From a virus, in the IMG/VR virus record IMGVR_UViG_3300042560_001826, positions 41,122-105,121 of that record: a DNA stretch of 64,000 nucleotides, one strand, 5' to 3'. Each line of letters starts with the position of its first letter. Within the stretch, counting starts at the first letter, position 1. The notes beneath the pieces were generated by a model, which worked only from the letters and a program-made list of their open reading frames with translations, made no database searches and had not been told where the DNA came from. Positions 1 to 10,280 of the stretch are shown piece after piece. Position numbers and translations under genes: made by a program.

Positions 1-231
1 ATTAGCAATATTGCTCTCAGAAGTGATTCATATGACAGCAGATTTGGTGCTGGAACTCATTCTGTTGTGATTGCAAGCGACGGTGCTGGTTTTACAAATA
101 GATCATTCTTTGCTGCCGTAAATAGATTCCAAGGATTAAGTTCAGCAAATGCTCCAGCATATAGTGTTCCGGCATCTTCTGGAACTAGAGAGTTGCAATT
201 ATATGTTGAGGATATTGGAGGCGTTGTCTGA
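1..231 (+). CDS. Partial CDS (3' end), possibly a minor tail/structural protein
   Basis: Frame 1 is open from the window edge to TGA at 229-231; Gly/Ser/Ala-rich and ends ...LQLYVEDIGGVV. Confidence 0.5.
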   Translation: MSNIALRSDSYDSRFGAGTHSVVIASDGAGFTNRSFFAAVNRFQGLSSANAPAYSVPASSGTRELQLYVEDIGGVV

Positions 232-287
232 GAAGATCAACATTAGCATCTCAGAGAGAAGATGTTAAATGGAATGATCGCGCTCCA

Positions 288-653
288 ATGGGTGAAGGTA
301 GTCCAAATTATCGTGGTGGAAAATATATTGATGATAAAGGCTATGTTCGGGTATTAAAACCAGATCACCCAAAAAATATCCGGGGATACACTTATGAGCA
401 TCGGCTTGTAATGGAAAAATATCTTGGAAGATTTTTACAAGCTTGGGAGACTGTACATCACATCAATGAGGTCAAAATAGATAATCGACTGGATAATCTC
501 TTTTTGTGCTCTCATAAAGAACACAGTGCAATACATCGTGAAGGAACTAAATTATCTGACGATCACCGCAATAAGTTGCGCCAGATGGCATATAATAATA
601 AGCCTCATACTAGAAAAAGAAATTTTGCAAAAAATATTCCAAGAAAAAAGTGA
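288..653 (+). CDS. HNH endonuclease (HNH_3-like)
   Basis: EHRLVME...VHHINEVKIDNRLDNL...H motif typical of phage HNH endonucleases. Confidence 0.85.
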   Translation: MGEGSPNYRGGKYIDDKGYVRVLKPDHPKNIRGYTYEHRLVMEKYLGRFLQAWETVHHINEVKIDNRLDNLFLCSHKEHSAIHREGTKLSDDHRNKLRQMAYNNKPHTRKRNFAKNIPRKK

Positions 654-714
654 AAGTCTGACCGATTTTGCGGAAGTCATATGGTATGATTTCCGTAGGA
701 GTTGATAAATCCTT

Positions 715-1884
715 ATGAAAATATGCGAAGCAGAAGGCTGCAATCAGCAGTTTGAACCAAAAGCCGCCAATCACAAATACGCCGACAAAGACTGTCGGAA
801 GTCAATTGATATTGGTGGTCTATGTAAATTTAGAAGAGAGAAAGGACTATTTGAAGTGCCAGTAAATCCAGTAACAGGTGAAGTCCCAAAGACTGATGCC
901 GAACTAAAAGTTGCTTATTCCAAGCTATTAAGTGAATATAAAAAAGTAAAGGAGAAGAGCGACGATTTTGTAGATGCAATATTCAGAGCAGTAAAGGAAG
1001 ATATTAAATCTTCTAAGAGTGTTAAAATTCCAAAACCAAAAATTGCAAAGGGTAAAGGAACGCCTGAAGTTGCTGTTGCAATCCTTTCGGATTGGCAATT
1101 ATCTAAAATTACACCAGATTACAATTCGCAAGTATGTGAAGAAAGAATCTACAAGTTTGCAGAAAAAGTTGTTCATCTGACCAATATTCAGCGTAAAGAT
1201 CATCCAGTCAATGAATTAAGAATATGGGCGCTTGGAGATATTATTGAGGGAGAGCTTATATTCCCTGGGCAATCCTTCCTTGTTGATGGCGGTCTATATC
1301 GCCAAATCACCGTTGATGGTCCTAGGATCATGAAGAATTTTATCAACATTATGTTGGAAAATTTTGAGAAAGTAACATTTGTCGGTGTTATTGGTAATCA
1401 TGGTTCAATCGGTGGAAGAGCCAGAAGAGACCATGACCCAGAGACTAACGGTGATAGAATGCTATACCGCATTACGCAGTTGATGTTTGAAAAAGAACCA
1501 AGAGTGAAGTTTATCATTCCAGATGGAAGAGGTGAGCGTCACTGGTATGCCGTTGATAAGATTGGCAAATATAGGGCTTTGCTATGTCACGGCGATCAAT
1601 TTGGAAGTCTTTCATCTTTCTATGCCTTCCAAAAGAAAGCTTATGGTTGGAAAATTGGTGCGGTTGATGAAGATTTTGATGATATCTATATCGGTCATTT
1701 TCACACCCCAACCAAGATGACATTCAACACTGTTCAGTTAAGAATTTCTGGAAGTCCAGAGTCTGTTAATACCTATGCTGCAGAAACTCTTGCTGCTGTT
1801 GGAAGACCATCACAAACTTTAGTCTTTGTCCATCCAGAAAAAGGATTGGTAACAGCGGAGTATAACTGCTGGCTTGATCAATGA
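715..1884 (+). CDS. Calcineurin-like metallophosphoesterase with Cys-rich N-terminus
   Basis: SDWQ, GDIIEG, GNHG, HGD and GHFH motifs in canonical order; TGGTATGAT extended -10 upstream. Confidence 0.8.
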   Translation: MKICEAEGCNQQFEPKAANHKYADKDCRKSIDIGGLCKFRREKGLFEVPVNPVTGEVPKTDAELKVAYSKLLSEYKKVKEKSDDFVDAIFRAVKEDIKSSKSVKIPKPKIAKGKGTPEVAVAILSDWQLSKITPDYNSQVCEERIYKFAEKVVHLTNIQRKDHPVNELRIWALGDIIEGELIFPGQSFLVDGGLYRQITVDGPRIMKNFINIMLENFEKVTFVGVIGNHGSIGGRARRDHDPETNGDRMLYRITQLMFEKEPRVKFIIPDGRGERHWYAVDKIGKYRALLCHGDQFGSLSSFYAFQKKAYGWKIGAVDEDFDDIYIGHFHTPTKMTFNTVQLRISGSPESVNTYAAETLAAVGRPSQTLVFVHPEKGLVTAEYNCWLDQ

Positions 1885-2120
1885 AAAAGATTAATATTCC
1901 GGAGTTAAAAGCGTATTATCTTCAACACGATATTCGTTGCTCGCATTGCAATAATAAAATGTTGGCAGGTGTTCAATATTATGCCCTTAAAACAATGTGG
2001 GTTGAATTCTCATGCGTTGGTTGTGCAAGAGGTGGAGATATTGAATTAAAGAAACTTAACGGTATCCTTAGAGAGTTTAACTTTCTACCTGTTAGGGAAC
2101 GCTATGTTGTTTCAGAATAA
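1881..2120 (+). CDS. Small Zn-ribbon protein
   Basis: CSHC...CVGC; overlaps the upstream stop codon. Confidence 0.6.
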   Translation: MKKINIPELKAYYLQHDIRCSHCNNKMLAGVQYYALKTMWVEFSCVGCARGGDIELKKLNGILREFNFLPVRERYVVSE

Positions 2121-2541
2121 AGTTATCACCAATAAATTTTATATCTATGCCAATCATTTTGTTAAGGTAAAGAGAATCAATAAAAGCACAGCAAAGATTA
2201 CACTTGTCAATCTTCTTGACAACTCAATCATTGATATTCCATCAGAATCTTCAGATTTGTTGCTTAGAAGGATCTATACCGTAGGAGAAGTTGCTAAGAT
2301 AGTTGGCAGACAACCAAATACGCTTCGTAAATACGAGCGAAAAAATCTTATTACCTCACCAAAAAAATTTGGTGAAGCATATAAGGGCTATAAAAACTGG
2401 AGATATTATCAGGAATCTGATGTCTATGATATTGTTGAGTTTTTTAACAATAGAGTGCAAGGCAGACCTGTTAATAAATCGCGTGGCTTTGTAGCAACAA
2501 CTATAAAAACATTAAACCAAAAAGTCAAACTACACAAATAG
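2104..2541 (+). CDS. MerR-type HTH DNA-binding protein
   Basis: YTVGEVAKIVGRQPNTLRKYERKNLI...WRYY matches the MerR HTH pattern. Confidence 0.75.
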   Translation: MLFQNKVITNKFYIYANHFVKVKRINKSTAKITLVNLLDNSIIDIPSESSDLLLRRIYTVGEVAKIVGRQPNTLRKYERKNLITSPKKFGEAYKGYKNWRYYQESDVYDIVEFFNNRVQGRPVNKSRGFVATTIKTLNQKVKLHK

Positions 2542-2549
2542 GAGACAAC

Positions 2550-2756
2550 ATGAAAGAAAATAACGGCACAGAAATCTGGGCATCAATTGGCATTACCAAG
2601 AATCTTGGTAACTATGAATCTCTCCGCCTTGATGCCGGTGCAAGAACATCAGCAAAATCTCTTGATGATGCAGAAGCTTGGTCAAAGCTCTGGGAGTCTA
2701 TTGATTCTCAGATTGAAGCTAAACTGCAAGAACTTGATAATGAAAAACAGTCATAA
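2550..2756 (+). CDS. Conserved phage hypothetical protein
   Basis: RBS AGGAG; TKNLGNYESLRLD motif. Confidence 0.65.
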   Translation: MKENNGTEIWASIGITKNLGNYESLRLDAGARTSAKSLDDAEAWSKLWESIDSQIEAKLQELDNEKQS

Positions 2757-3045
2757 TCAAATATGGCAAAGATCTGCTGTTTGTCTCAGAGATAAAAATT
2801 CTTCGTATTGGTTATCATACAACATTGAGCATATAAAATATGCAAAAGAGGGTTGCAAGTCGTGTAGTGTAAAAACGGCATGTCTTGCGAACGCTCTTAG
2901 TCAAGAGTTTTTTATTGGAGTAAACGCTGGCATCTCGGAATGGGATTATTTAAATAAAACATGGAAAGAGGTGAAAAGTGTCAGAAAAACCAACTGGTCA
3001 AGAAGTGATGCAACACTTCGTAAGCTGTTGCAAGAAGCGAAGTAA
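2740..3045 (+). CDS. whiB: WhiB-family transcription factor (start reassigned to ATG 2740)
   Basis: W..A.C ... AK..C..C.V...C ... GVNAG, the four-Cys WhiB pattern. Confidence 0.75.
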   Translation: MKNSHNQIWQRSAVCLRDKNSSYWLSYNIEHIKYAKEGCKSCSVKTACLANALSQEFFIGVNAGISEWDYLNKTWKEVKSVRKTNWSRSDATLRKLLQEAK

Positions 3046-3289
3046 GTTATTCGTTCCAGATAGTCCTCGTCAAGAGCAGGTGTGTGATGCACTTGCTGGC
3101 TTCTATAATAGAGAAATATTGTTTGATGCAATTGATGAGTTTACAAAGGTAAATCCGGGACCGTTTATTATCTTTGATTTTGCAGTTCAATCAAAAAAAT
3201 ATATTGACCATGTTACATTAGAAAAGAAATCTAGGAATAACTTCCTTAATATCGTACAAGAAACCAAAAAGAGAATGGAGCAGGAGTGA
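2978..3289 (+). CDS. Hypothetical protein upstream of the helicase
   Basis: RBS GAGG; coupled to the helicase start. Confidence 0.6.
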   Translation: MSEKPTGQEVMQHFVSCCKKRSKLFVPDSPRQEQVCDALAGFYNREILFDAIDEFTKVNPGPFIIFDFAVQSKKYIDHVTLEKKSRNNFLNIVQETKKRMEQE

Positions 3290-4503
3290 ACTACGAAGTT
3301 AGGTTACTTAATGCAATTGTTGATAGCGGAAACTACATTGAGGCGATAAGTGAAGGCGCTGAAAATGTATTTCTAGAATACAGAGACATTTGGAGCTTTG
3401 TTGTAAAGCATCATGATGAGCATGGTAAAACCCCGTCAAAAGATACTATAAAGCACCACTTCCCAGAATTTGATTTTGTTTCAACTCCGGAGCCTTTAAA
3501 GTACTATCTTGATGAAGCAAAGCGTGAATCTCTTGCATATCAAACAAGAGTAATTGTTTCTAAGTCCAATAACATTTTAAATGAACTTGGTGCAAAAGAT
3601 GCGCTGTCTTTCTTGATGGAGCAAACATCAAAGCTCTATAAGTTCTCTAGCAGTCTTAAAGATAGCGATTTGGCTGGTGAGTGGCAAGATCGTGTAAAAG
3701 ACTTGCGTGAGCGTTCTGAACGCGATCAAAGTGATTTTATTGGCATCCCAAGTGGTATCAGTGTAATTGATAAAACATTTGGAGGTTGGCAACCGGGTGA
3801 CTTTATCGTGTTGCTTGGATGGACAGGGGTTGGTAAATCATTTATTGCAAGATTATTTGCAGTGAATGCATGGAGGGCCGGATATAGACCTTTGATTATC
3901 TCTCTTGAGATGAATAAACAACAAGAAGGTCAACGACTTGATACATTGCTAACTAATGGAGATACCTCATTTAACAATACCGACTTGGTTCGTGCAAATC
4001 CAGCAATTGTTGAAGCCTACGAAGAATGGGCTCAAAAAACATTTGAGGGCAAGCACCCAATTCATCTTGTTACATCAGAGGGGCTTGAGGCAGCAGATCA
4101 AATGATGGTGCAAGCCAAGATTGATCAATATCATCCTGATATTGTTATTCTTGACTATCATGGTTTGTTTGATGATGCATCAGGTGCCAAGACGGAAACT
4201 GAGAAAGCAAAGAATCTTTCTAAGGCATTTAAACGATTGGCTGTAAAAAATGCAGTGCCAATCATTGATGTTGCTGCAGTAACAATGTCTGAAGGTCACT
4301 CAGAAAGACCGCCAGAGCTTGAAGAGGTCGCTTGGAGTAAACAGTTGGCTTATGATGCTGACTTGGTGTTGGCTATCCATAGAGAGCCATCATCTGATTT
4401 ATTTCAAGTGGTATCAAGAAAAGTAAGAAGAGCAACGCATTTTGCATTCTATCTTAGATGGAATCTAGAGACCGGTAAATGGTCAGAGGAGTGGGATTTC
4501 TAA
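3286..4503 (+). CDS. dnaB: DnaB-like replicative helicase
   Basis: GWTGVGKS Walker A, ISLEM, ILDY, YDADLVL motifs. Confidence 0.9.
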   Translation: MNYEVRLLNAIVDSGNYIEAISEGAENVFLEYRDIWSFVVKHHDEHGKTPSKDTIKHHFPEFDFVSTPEPLKYYLDEAKRESLAYQTRVIVSKSNNILNELGAKDALSFLMEQTSKLYKFSSSLKDSDLAGEWQDRVKDLRERSERDQSDFIGIPSGISVIDKTFGGWQPGDFIVLLGWTGVGKSFIARLFAVNAWRAGYRPLIISLEMNKQQEGQRLDTLLTNGDTSFNNTDLVRANPAIVEAYEEWAQKTFEGKHPIHLVTSEGLEAADQMMVQAKIDQYHPDIVILDYHGLFDDASGAKTETEKAKNLSKAFKRLAVKNAVPIIDVAAVTMSEGHSERPPELEEVAWSKQLAYDADLVLAIHREPSSDLFQVVSRKVRRATHFAFYLRWNLETGKWSEEWDF

Positions 4504-4688
4504 TGGATAATATCGTTACAGGAGTAGCAGTTGATATTGAAACAATAGCAAGGTTAAGACCTTGGCTAGAAGATGAAGCAAAAAGAAAAAACGGATTCAA
4601 AGGGCCGACAAAACTATTTACAGATTATGATAAAGACAAGAACCTATTCAAATTTAAAATCGTATTCGCAGATGAATCTAAGGGATGA
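4503..4688 (+). CDS. Small hypothetical protein
   Basis: TAATG overlap with the helicase stop; fills the gap before the primase. Confidence 0.55.
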   Translation: MDNIVTGVAVDIETIARLRPWLEDEAKRKNGFKGPTKLFTDYDKDKNLFKFKIVFADESKG

Positions 4689-5568
4689 TATTGAGAGCTT
4701 TCTTGAGGAATATCATTTAGATATTCATTCCTCAAGCGGTTCTGAATATGTGATCTTTTGTCCATTCCATAAGAATGTAAATACGCCATCATTCTATATC
4801 AATTCAGGCACAGGATTGTGGCAATGCTTTAATCCATCGTGTGGTAAAAAAGGCAACTTTAGACAGCTGTATCGCCATGTTACAGGTCGCTCTTTTGAAT
4901 CTAAAGTCAAGCTTGATCCAGTAGAATTACAGAGTGTTATTGATGCCGGATTTATTGTTCAAAAGGAAAAAGATATTGATATCTCTGCAATAGGGGTTGA
5001 CTATAATAGTTTAGATGGCATTAAGAAAGTTCAACAGTTTATTGATAGAGGACTTAGCCCTAAGACCCTTCAGTATTTTGAGATTGGCTTTTCTGAAATC
5101 AAAAATAGAATTGTAATTCCTGTAAGAAATCATCAGTATAAGATTGTTGGCCTTATTGGTCGGGCTATATCTAAAGAGCAGGAGCCTCGCTATCTCTATA
5201 ACAAAGGTTTTAAAAGAGCAGATGTATTGTTTAATATTCAAAATGCAAAACATTACACAGATGTAATTGTTGTTGAAGGCAGTGTTGATGCAATGAAGGT
5301 TTATGAGGCTGGATTCCCAAATGTTGTTGCTACACTTGGTGCTCAAGTTTCAAACTATCAAGGCTCTCTGCTACGAAAATATTTTGACAGCATCACTATT
5401 TTTTCTGACGCAGATGACGCTGGCAACGCTATGCGAGATGCTATAATGGGTTTGTGCAGGGGGAAAAAAATCTACTCTGCACAAATATCAGCAGGATGTA
5501 AAGATCCTGGTGATATGAATATAACAGAAATAACAAACAGTATAAACAGCAAAAATAACATCATATAG
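4672..5568 (+). CDS. dnaG: DNA primase (CHC2 Zn finger + TOPRIM)
   Basis: CPFH...PSF...WQCF..SC; VVEGSVDA; FSDADDAG; KDPGD. Confidence 0.9.
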   Translation: MNLRDDIESFLEEYHLDIHSSSGSEYVIFCPFHKNVNTPSFYINSGTGLWQCFNPSCGKKGNFRQLYRHVTGRSFESKVKLDPVELQSVIDAGFIVQKEKDIDISAIGVDYNSLDGIKKVQQFIDRGLSPKTLQYFEIGFSEIKNRIVIPVRNHQYKIVGLIGRAISKEQEPRYLYNKGFKRADVLFNIQNAKHYTDVIVVEGSVDAMKVYEAGFPNVVATLGAQVSNYQGSLLRKYFDSITIFSDADDAGNAMRDAIMGLCRGKKIYSAQISAGCKDPGDMNITEITNSINSKNNII

Positions 5569-5576
5569 GAGAAAAC

Positions 5577-6221
5577 ATGACATTCACATCAGTTAAAACA
5601 CTAAAAGACTTGGAGAAGCAAGTCGCCCCTACACAGGGTAAAAGCGGAGCGAAGAAGTTCTTTTCTCTGCAATCAGGAGATTCCTTCAAGATTAGATTCT
5701 TGCAGGAGCTTACTGAAGATAGCACAAACTACAACGATAAGGCTGGAACTGGAATTACGGTCCCGGTTATTGTTTCGCCAGTAAACTGGAAATGGAAGGT
5801 TGCTTCCACATCCTCTCTGGAGAAGTTCAATTATCGTTGCTGGGGTAGCGAGCAAGCTGTCCATGATAAAGCTTGGAGAGCAAAGCCGCACTTGCTTATC
5901 AATGTTGCCGTTGAGGTTGAGCCAAACAAATGGGAAGCCAGAGTTTTGGATACGACATTCAATCAGCGCCACATTGGTTTGACTCTTTTGGAATACGCAA
6001 AGGAGTTCGGAACAATCACCGACCGTTACTATAAGTATTCCAGAACAGGTTCTGGTGCTTCAGACACTAATTACAGTCTTATTCCGCTGGCAGTTGGTGA
6101 ACCTAACGATCAAATCAAGGAATTGACCTTGCATGATCTTGGCAATGTTTATATGACACTGCCTTACGAAAAGCAACAGGTGTACCTGACAACTGGTGAA
6201 TTGGCTAAGGATAGCTGGTAA
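5577..6221 (+). CDS. Putative single-stranded DNA-binding protein
   Basis: FFSLQSGDSFKIRFL and SRTGSGASDTNYSLIP motifs; sits between primase and polymerase. Confidence 0.65.
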   Translation: MTFTSVKTLKDLEKQVAPTQGKSGAKKFFSLQSGDSFKIRFLQELTEDSTNYNDKAGTGITVPVIVSPVNWKWKVASTSSLEKFNYRCWGSEQAVHDKAWRAKPHLLINVAVEVEPNKWEARVLDTTFNQRHIGLTLLEYAKEFGTITDRYYKYSRTGSGASDTNYSLIPLAVGEPNDQIKELTLHDLGNVYMTLPYEKQQVYLTTGELAKDSW

Positions 6222-6228
6222 TAGAGCA

Positions 6229-6302
6229 GGGGGCATAGCTCAATTGGCTAGAGCATCTGCTTTGCAAGCAGAAGGTTAAGGGTTCAATTCCCTTTGCCTC
6301 CA
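6229..6302 (+). tRNA. tRNA-Ala(TGC)
   Basis: Acceptor GGGGGCA/TGCCTCC with G3-U70; anticodon arm TCTGC-TTTGCAA-GCAGA; T loop TTCAATT. Confidence 0.95.
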
Positions 6303-6315
6303 CGAAAGGAATAAA

Positions 6316-6858
6316 ATGCAACTTGTAAATAAGGCGATTGCGCTTGATCTTGATGGCGTGATTGCTGATATCGCTACGACCATGCTATCTGTTATGGATA
6401 GCCGTGGTATGCCAGCAGAGGAAATAGATCTTGAATCTTGGCTCATCTCAGATACAAAAGATGAAGAGATTCTCAAGATATTTAATGAACCACTATTTTG
6501 GAAAAATATGAAGCCGTACCAAGATGCATGGCATCAAGTTAATTATTGGTTTGCACTTGGTTACGATATTCATATTGTTACAGCAAGAAGGCAACCTAAT
6601 GCCGTATTGCAAACAGAGCCTTGGCTAAACGATTGGAATATAAACACGAGAGCACCGATTTTTTCCAAAATGGGTGATAAGATTTCTCATATTAAAAAAA
6701 TAGATCCGCTTTTCGTGGTGGAAGATAACCCCAAGGAAATTAGAATTTTACAAGAAGCGGGGGTGAAATGTTATTTAAGAGCGCAAAGCTATAACCAGAA
6801 ATACTGGAATGAATTTGACACTATTGAATCACTATACGACATTGATTTGGAGAAATAA
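6316..6858 (+). CDS. HAD-family 5'(3')-deoxyribonucleotidase
   Basis: DLDGVIAD, IVTAR, VEDNP motifs. Confidence 0.8.
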   Translation: MQLVNKAIALDLDGVIADIATTMLSVMDSRGMPAEEIDLESWLISDTKDEEILKIFNEPLFWKNMKPYQDAWHQVNYWFALGYDIHIVTARRQPNAVLQTEPWLNDWNINTRAPIFSKMGDKISHIKKIDPLFVVEDNPKEIRILQEAGVKCYLRAQSYNQKYWNEFDTIESLYDIDLEK

Positions 6859-9800
6859 TGAGCAACTTTGTTCACCTGCATTGCCATTCTGAATACTCAC
6901 TGCTTGATGGGATGTCAACGCCAGAAGAGATTGCTAAAATTACAAGCATTAATGGTCAATATGCTGCCGCAATTACAGACCATGGTTCAATGGCTGGCGT
7001 ACTTCGTTTTCAAGAGGCATGTGTTTCTAATAATGTAAAACCTCTCTTTGGTGTTGAAGCATATTTTGTTCCTTCAATTAGTCGTGATGATGATGGCAAA
7101 CATGAAAGACATCACCTAATTTTGCTTGCTAAGACAAATACCGGTCTTGAAAAACTTTTTAAGATGTCTAAGATTGGTTGGACAGACAATTTTTATTATA
7201 AGCCAAGAATTGATTTTGCTCTCTTGGAAGATTTGGTTGATGATGACATTATTGCATTATCTGGGTGCATGGCTAGTTCCATATGTAGAGCTATTGAGGC
7301 AGATAACTTCTCTAGGGCAGAAGAATTGTCGGAACGGTTCATAAAGATTTTTAAAGATGACTTCTACTATGAAGTCCAAGCTTGGAACAGTAAGAAGATT
7401 AACGATGGCATCATGCAATTGGCAAGCACCTATAATAAAAAACTGGTTGCAACTGCTGACTGCCACTTCCCCAGCGCACACGATAAAGGTTGTGAAGAAG
7501 TCCTGCTGTGCGTATCCCAATATCCTGGGTTCTCTCCAGCGGTATTAAGACATGCTGAGCAAGAGGCTGCAAAGTTTGATAAAGCCGAAACGGATATCGT
7601 AAAGAAGATTAATAAGATGTACCCAGATCGCCAATTACGATTTGATGAGATTAATCCTTATGTTGCCAAAGCAGAAGAGATTGCAGGATGGTTTAAGGAT
7701 GCCGGGTATGACCGTTCAGATATCTTAGACAATACTCTTGAGGTGGCCGAGAAATGTACTGCAAGCGTACAAAAGCGTCGTAACCTTTTGCCAAAGTATA
7801 TGAAGTCGTTGAACTCTGATGACTATCTCAAGGAGATGGCTGAATTCCGACTCAAGGAGCTGGGTCTGGGGGATGAGTATAAGACTCGACTCTATGAAGA
7901 ACTGGGGATTATCAAACAGCTTGGCTTTGCTGATTACTTCTTGATCGTCTGGGACTTGGTGAAATGGGCAGACAATAACGGTATCGGTAGGGGTACAGGC
8001 AGAGGTTCGGTTGGCGGTAGTGTGCTGGCGTATTTGCTGGAGATTACCAAGGTTGATCCTGTGAAATACAATCTGCTGTTTGCACGATTTATCAATGCAG
8101 AGCGCAACGACTATCCCGATATTGACTTGGACTTTGAAGATAAGAGGCGAACAGAGGTGCGGTCTTATCTTGTTGAGCGCTGGGGTAAAGATAATGTTGC
8201 GGCAATCACCACCTACGGCACATATAAGCCCAAGAGTGCGGTCAAAGATGTCGCTCGCGTTCTACAAGTTCCGTACAAGGAAACCAATAACATCACGCCG
8301 TATTTTGAGACCATTGAAGAATTGCAGACCACGCAAAAGGGCAAATTGTTTTGTTCAAAGTATCCCGATGTGCCAAAGTTTGCCAAACGGCTGGAAGGGC
8401 GTATCCGTAACGCAGGCGTACACGCTGCCGGTATGGTCGTATCGTCAATTCCACTTACACAAGTCTGCCCAATTGAGACACGCAAGGATACCGATGGTGA
8501 GGGCAGGGCGGTTGTCACAGCTTTTGACATGACCGATGCAGAAGCAGTCGGGCTTATTAAAATAGATATCTTGGGTCTTCGCACCGTATCTGTCATTAAA
8601 GACGCTCTAGCGATGATTAGGAAGCGCTATGGCACTGATGTAGAAGCACTTTCGTTGGGGTTAGATGATCCCGAAGTATACCGAAACTTTAATGATGGCA
8701 ATACCGTTGGCGTATTCCAGACCGATGCTGCTGCCTATCGTAATCTTATTGAGCGTATGGGTATTGACAACTTCAACGACCTTGTAGTGTCAAACGCTCT
8801 AGTTAGACCCGGCGCTTTGCTCTCACAGGGTGAGCGCTATATTAACTGCAAGAGGGGAGTCGATCCTGCCTATTATCCAGATGAGTCAGTTAGGGCAATT
8901 CTGGAAGAGACATACGGTACGGTTATTTTCCAAGAGCAGTTGATGCAAATGTGTGTGAAGCTGTCTGGTTTTTCATGGTCGGATGCTGATAAATTGCGTA
9001 AGATTATCGGTAAGAAGCGTGATGCCGCTGAGTTTGAGCAATACAAGGATAAGTTTATTAACAACTCAATCTTGCCTAAATCAGAGGCAAAGCAGATGTG
9101 GTCAGAGTTTGAGCTTTCTGCTTTGTATATGTTCAATAAATCTCACGCTGTTGCTTATTCAATGTTGTCTTATCAAACGATGTGGCTAAAGGTCAACTAT
9201 CCGTCTGAATATCTTTGGGCTTTATTGTTCAATGAAGATGTCGGTGAAAAGATCACTGCCTATCTCATGGAAGCACAGCGTTTGAATATCCCAATTTTGC
9301 CACCGGATGTTAATCTATCTGATGAATTCTTCTCAATTGATTACACAGGAGAAAAGCCAGCCATTCGTTTTGGTCTATCCAATGTGTTGTCATGCGGTCG
9401 GGCAGCAATTGCAGAAATCCTTGCTAAGCGACCATTTAATTGTTATGAGGAGTTTGATGCAAAATGCTCAAAGAGTGCGGTTAAAAAGCCGTTGAGGGAA
9501 AACTTTGACAAGGTTGGGGCTTTCGCTTCCCTTGGATATGTCTCTCAGTTTGACCATAAACGATATTATTTGCCGATACTTGGTTTCTCAATTGAAGACA
9601 CTGAGAAGAATGAGATTGACAATGTTGTTGATAAACTAGTTGACTTCCATGAGACAAACTCGCCACTGATGCTAGTGAAGGCAATTGTTAGATCGACTAA
9701 AAAGACACCGCAATATCTCCGTGTTGAGTTGGAAGATTTGTCCGGCTCGGCAACAATATTTGCTGAACGCAATACTGAGCTCTCAACAAGAGATCATATC

Positions 9801-10280
9801 TATGCATTAATTGGGGATAGAACATTGCATCACTTCTGCGATGCATACAATTATATTGATACACCACTGTATGAATTTATTAAACTTAAAATGCAAGGTA
9901 TTAATCATAAATATGCATGGCTGTATAATCATGGTCTCGGAGATGTAGACAACGATAAAACTTTGCTCTATATCTTTAATCTCAGACTGTTCAAAACAGC
10001 ACGAGGTTTTGACATGGGCAATATTTATTGCTGGGACGGTAAGAGAATGTTCAAGATTGTAGTGTTTGCATCAGTGCTCAAGAAGGTAAAGGGGATTCTT
10101 AAGCAGAACGAATGGTATGCTGCAAAGATTGATAAAATTGATGAGAAAAACCCACTTGTGCAGATAGATTCGTATAAACTATCATCAGGTGATGCATTGA
10201 TCACGGTAAAAGATTTTATTAAAAGAAAAAACTTGCAGGAGCTACAAAATGAAGTTAACTATATACATTCCGACATATAG
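6858..10280 (+). CDS. dnaE: DNA polymerase III alpha subunit
   Basis: PHP domain (HLHCHSEYS, ITDHG), GRGSVGGS, PDIDLDF, HAAG, KIDILGL, FNKSHA. Confidence 0.97.
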   Translation: MSNFVHLHCHSEYSLLDGMSTPEEIAKITSINGQYAAAITDHGSMAGVLRFQEACVSNNVKPLFGVEAYFVPSISRDDDGKHERHHLILLAKTNTGLEKLFKMSKIGWTDNFYYKPRIDFALLEDLVDDDIIALSGCMASSICRAIEADNFSRAEELSERFIKIFKDDFYYEVQAWNSKKINDGIMQLASTYNKKLVATADCHFPSAHDKGCEEVLLCVSQYPGFSPAVLRHAEQEAAKFDKAETDIVKKINKMYPDRQLRFDEINPYVAKAEEIAGWFKDAGYDRSDILDNTLEVAEKCTASVQKRRNLLPKYMKSLNSDDYLKEMAEFRLKELGLGDEYKTRLYEELGIIKQLGFADYFLIVWDLVKWADNNGIGRGTGRGSVGGSVLAYLLEITKVDPVKYNLLFARFINAERNDYPDIDLDFEDKRRTEVRSYLVERWGKDNVAAITTYGTYKPKSAVKDVARVLQVPYKETNNITPYFETIEELQTTQKGKLFCSKYPDVPKFAKRLEGRIRNAGVHAAGMVVSSIPLTQVCPIETRKDTDGEGRAVVTAFDMTDAEAVGLIKIDILGLRTVSVIKDALAMIRKRYGTDVEALSLGLDDPEVYRNFNDGNTVGVFQTDAAAYRNLIERMGIDNFNDLVVSNALVRPGALLSQGERYINCKRGVDPAYYPDESVRAILEETYGTVIFQEQLMQMCVKLSGFSWSDADKLRKIIGKKRDAAEFEQYKDKFINNSILPKSEAKQMWSEFELSALYMFNKSHAVAYSMLSYQTMWLKVNYPSEYLWALLFNEDVGEKITAYLMEAQRLNIPILPPDVNLSDEFFSIDYTGEKPAIRFGLSNVLSCGRAAIAEILAKRPFNCYEEFDAKCSKSAVKKPLRENFDKVGAFASLGYVSQFDHKRYYLPILGFSIEDTEKNEIDNVVDKLVDFHETNSPLMLVKAIVRSTKKTPQYLRVELEDLSGSATIFAERNTELSTRDHIYALIGDRTLHHFCDAYNYIDTPLYEFIKLKMQGINHKYAWLYNHGLGDVDNDKTLLYIFNLRLFKTARGFDMGNIYCWDGKRMFKIVVFASVLKKVKGILKQNEWYAAKIDKIDEKNPLVQIDSYKLSSGDALITVKDFIKRKNLQELQNEVNYIHSDI

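Noticed and set aside
6858-10280. Inteins or introns in dnaE (also checked in terL and nrdJ)
   Set aside because: Lengths are typical and I saw no intein terminal motifs or frame breaks.
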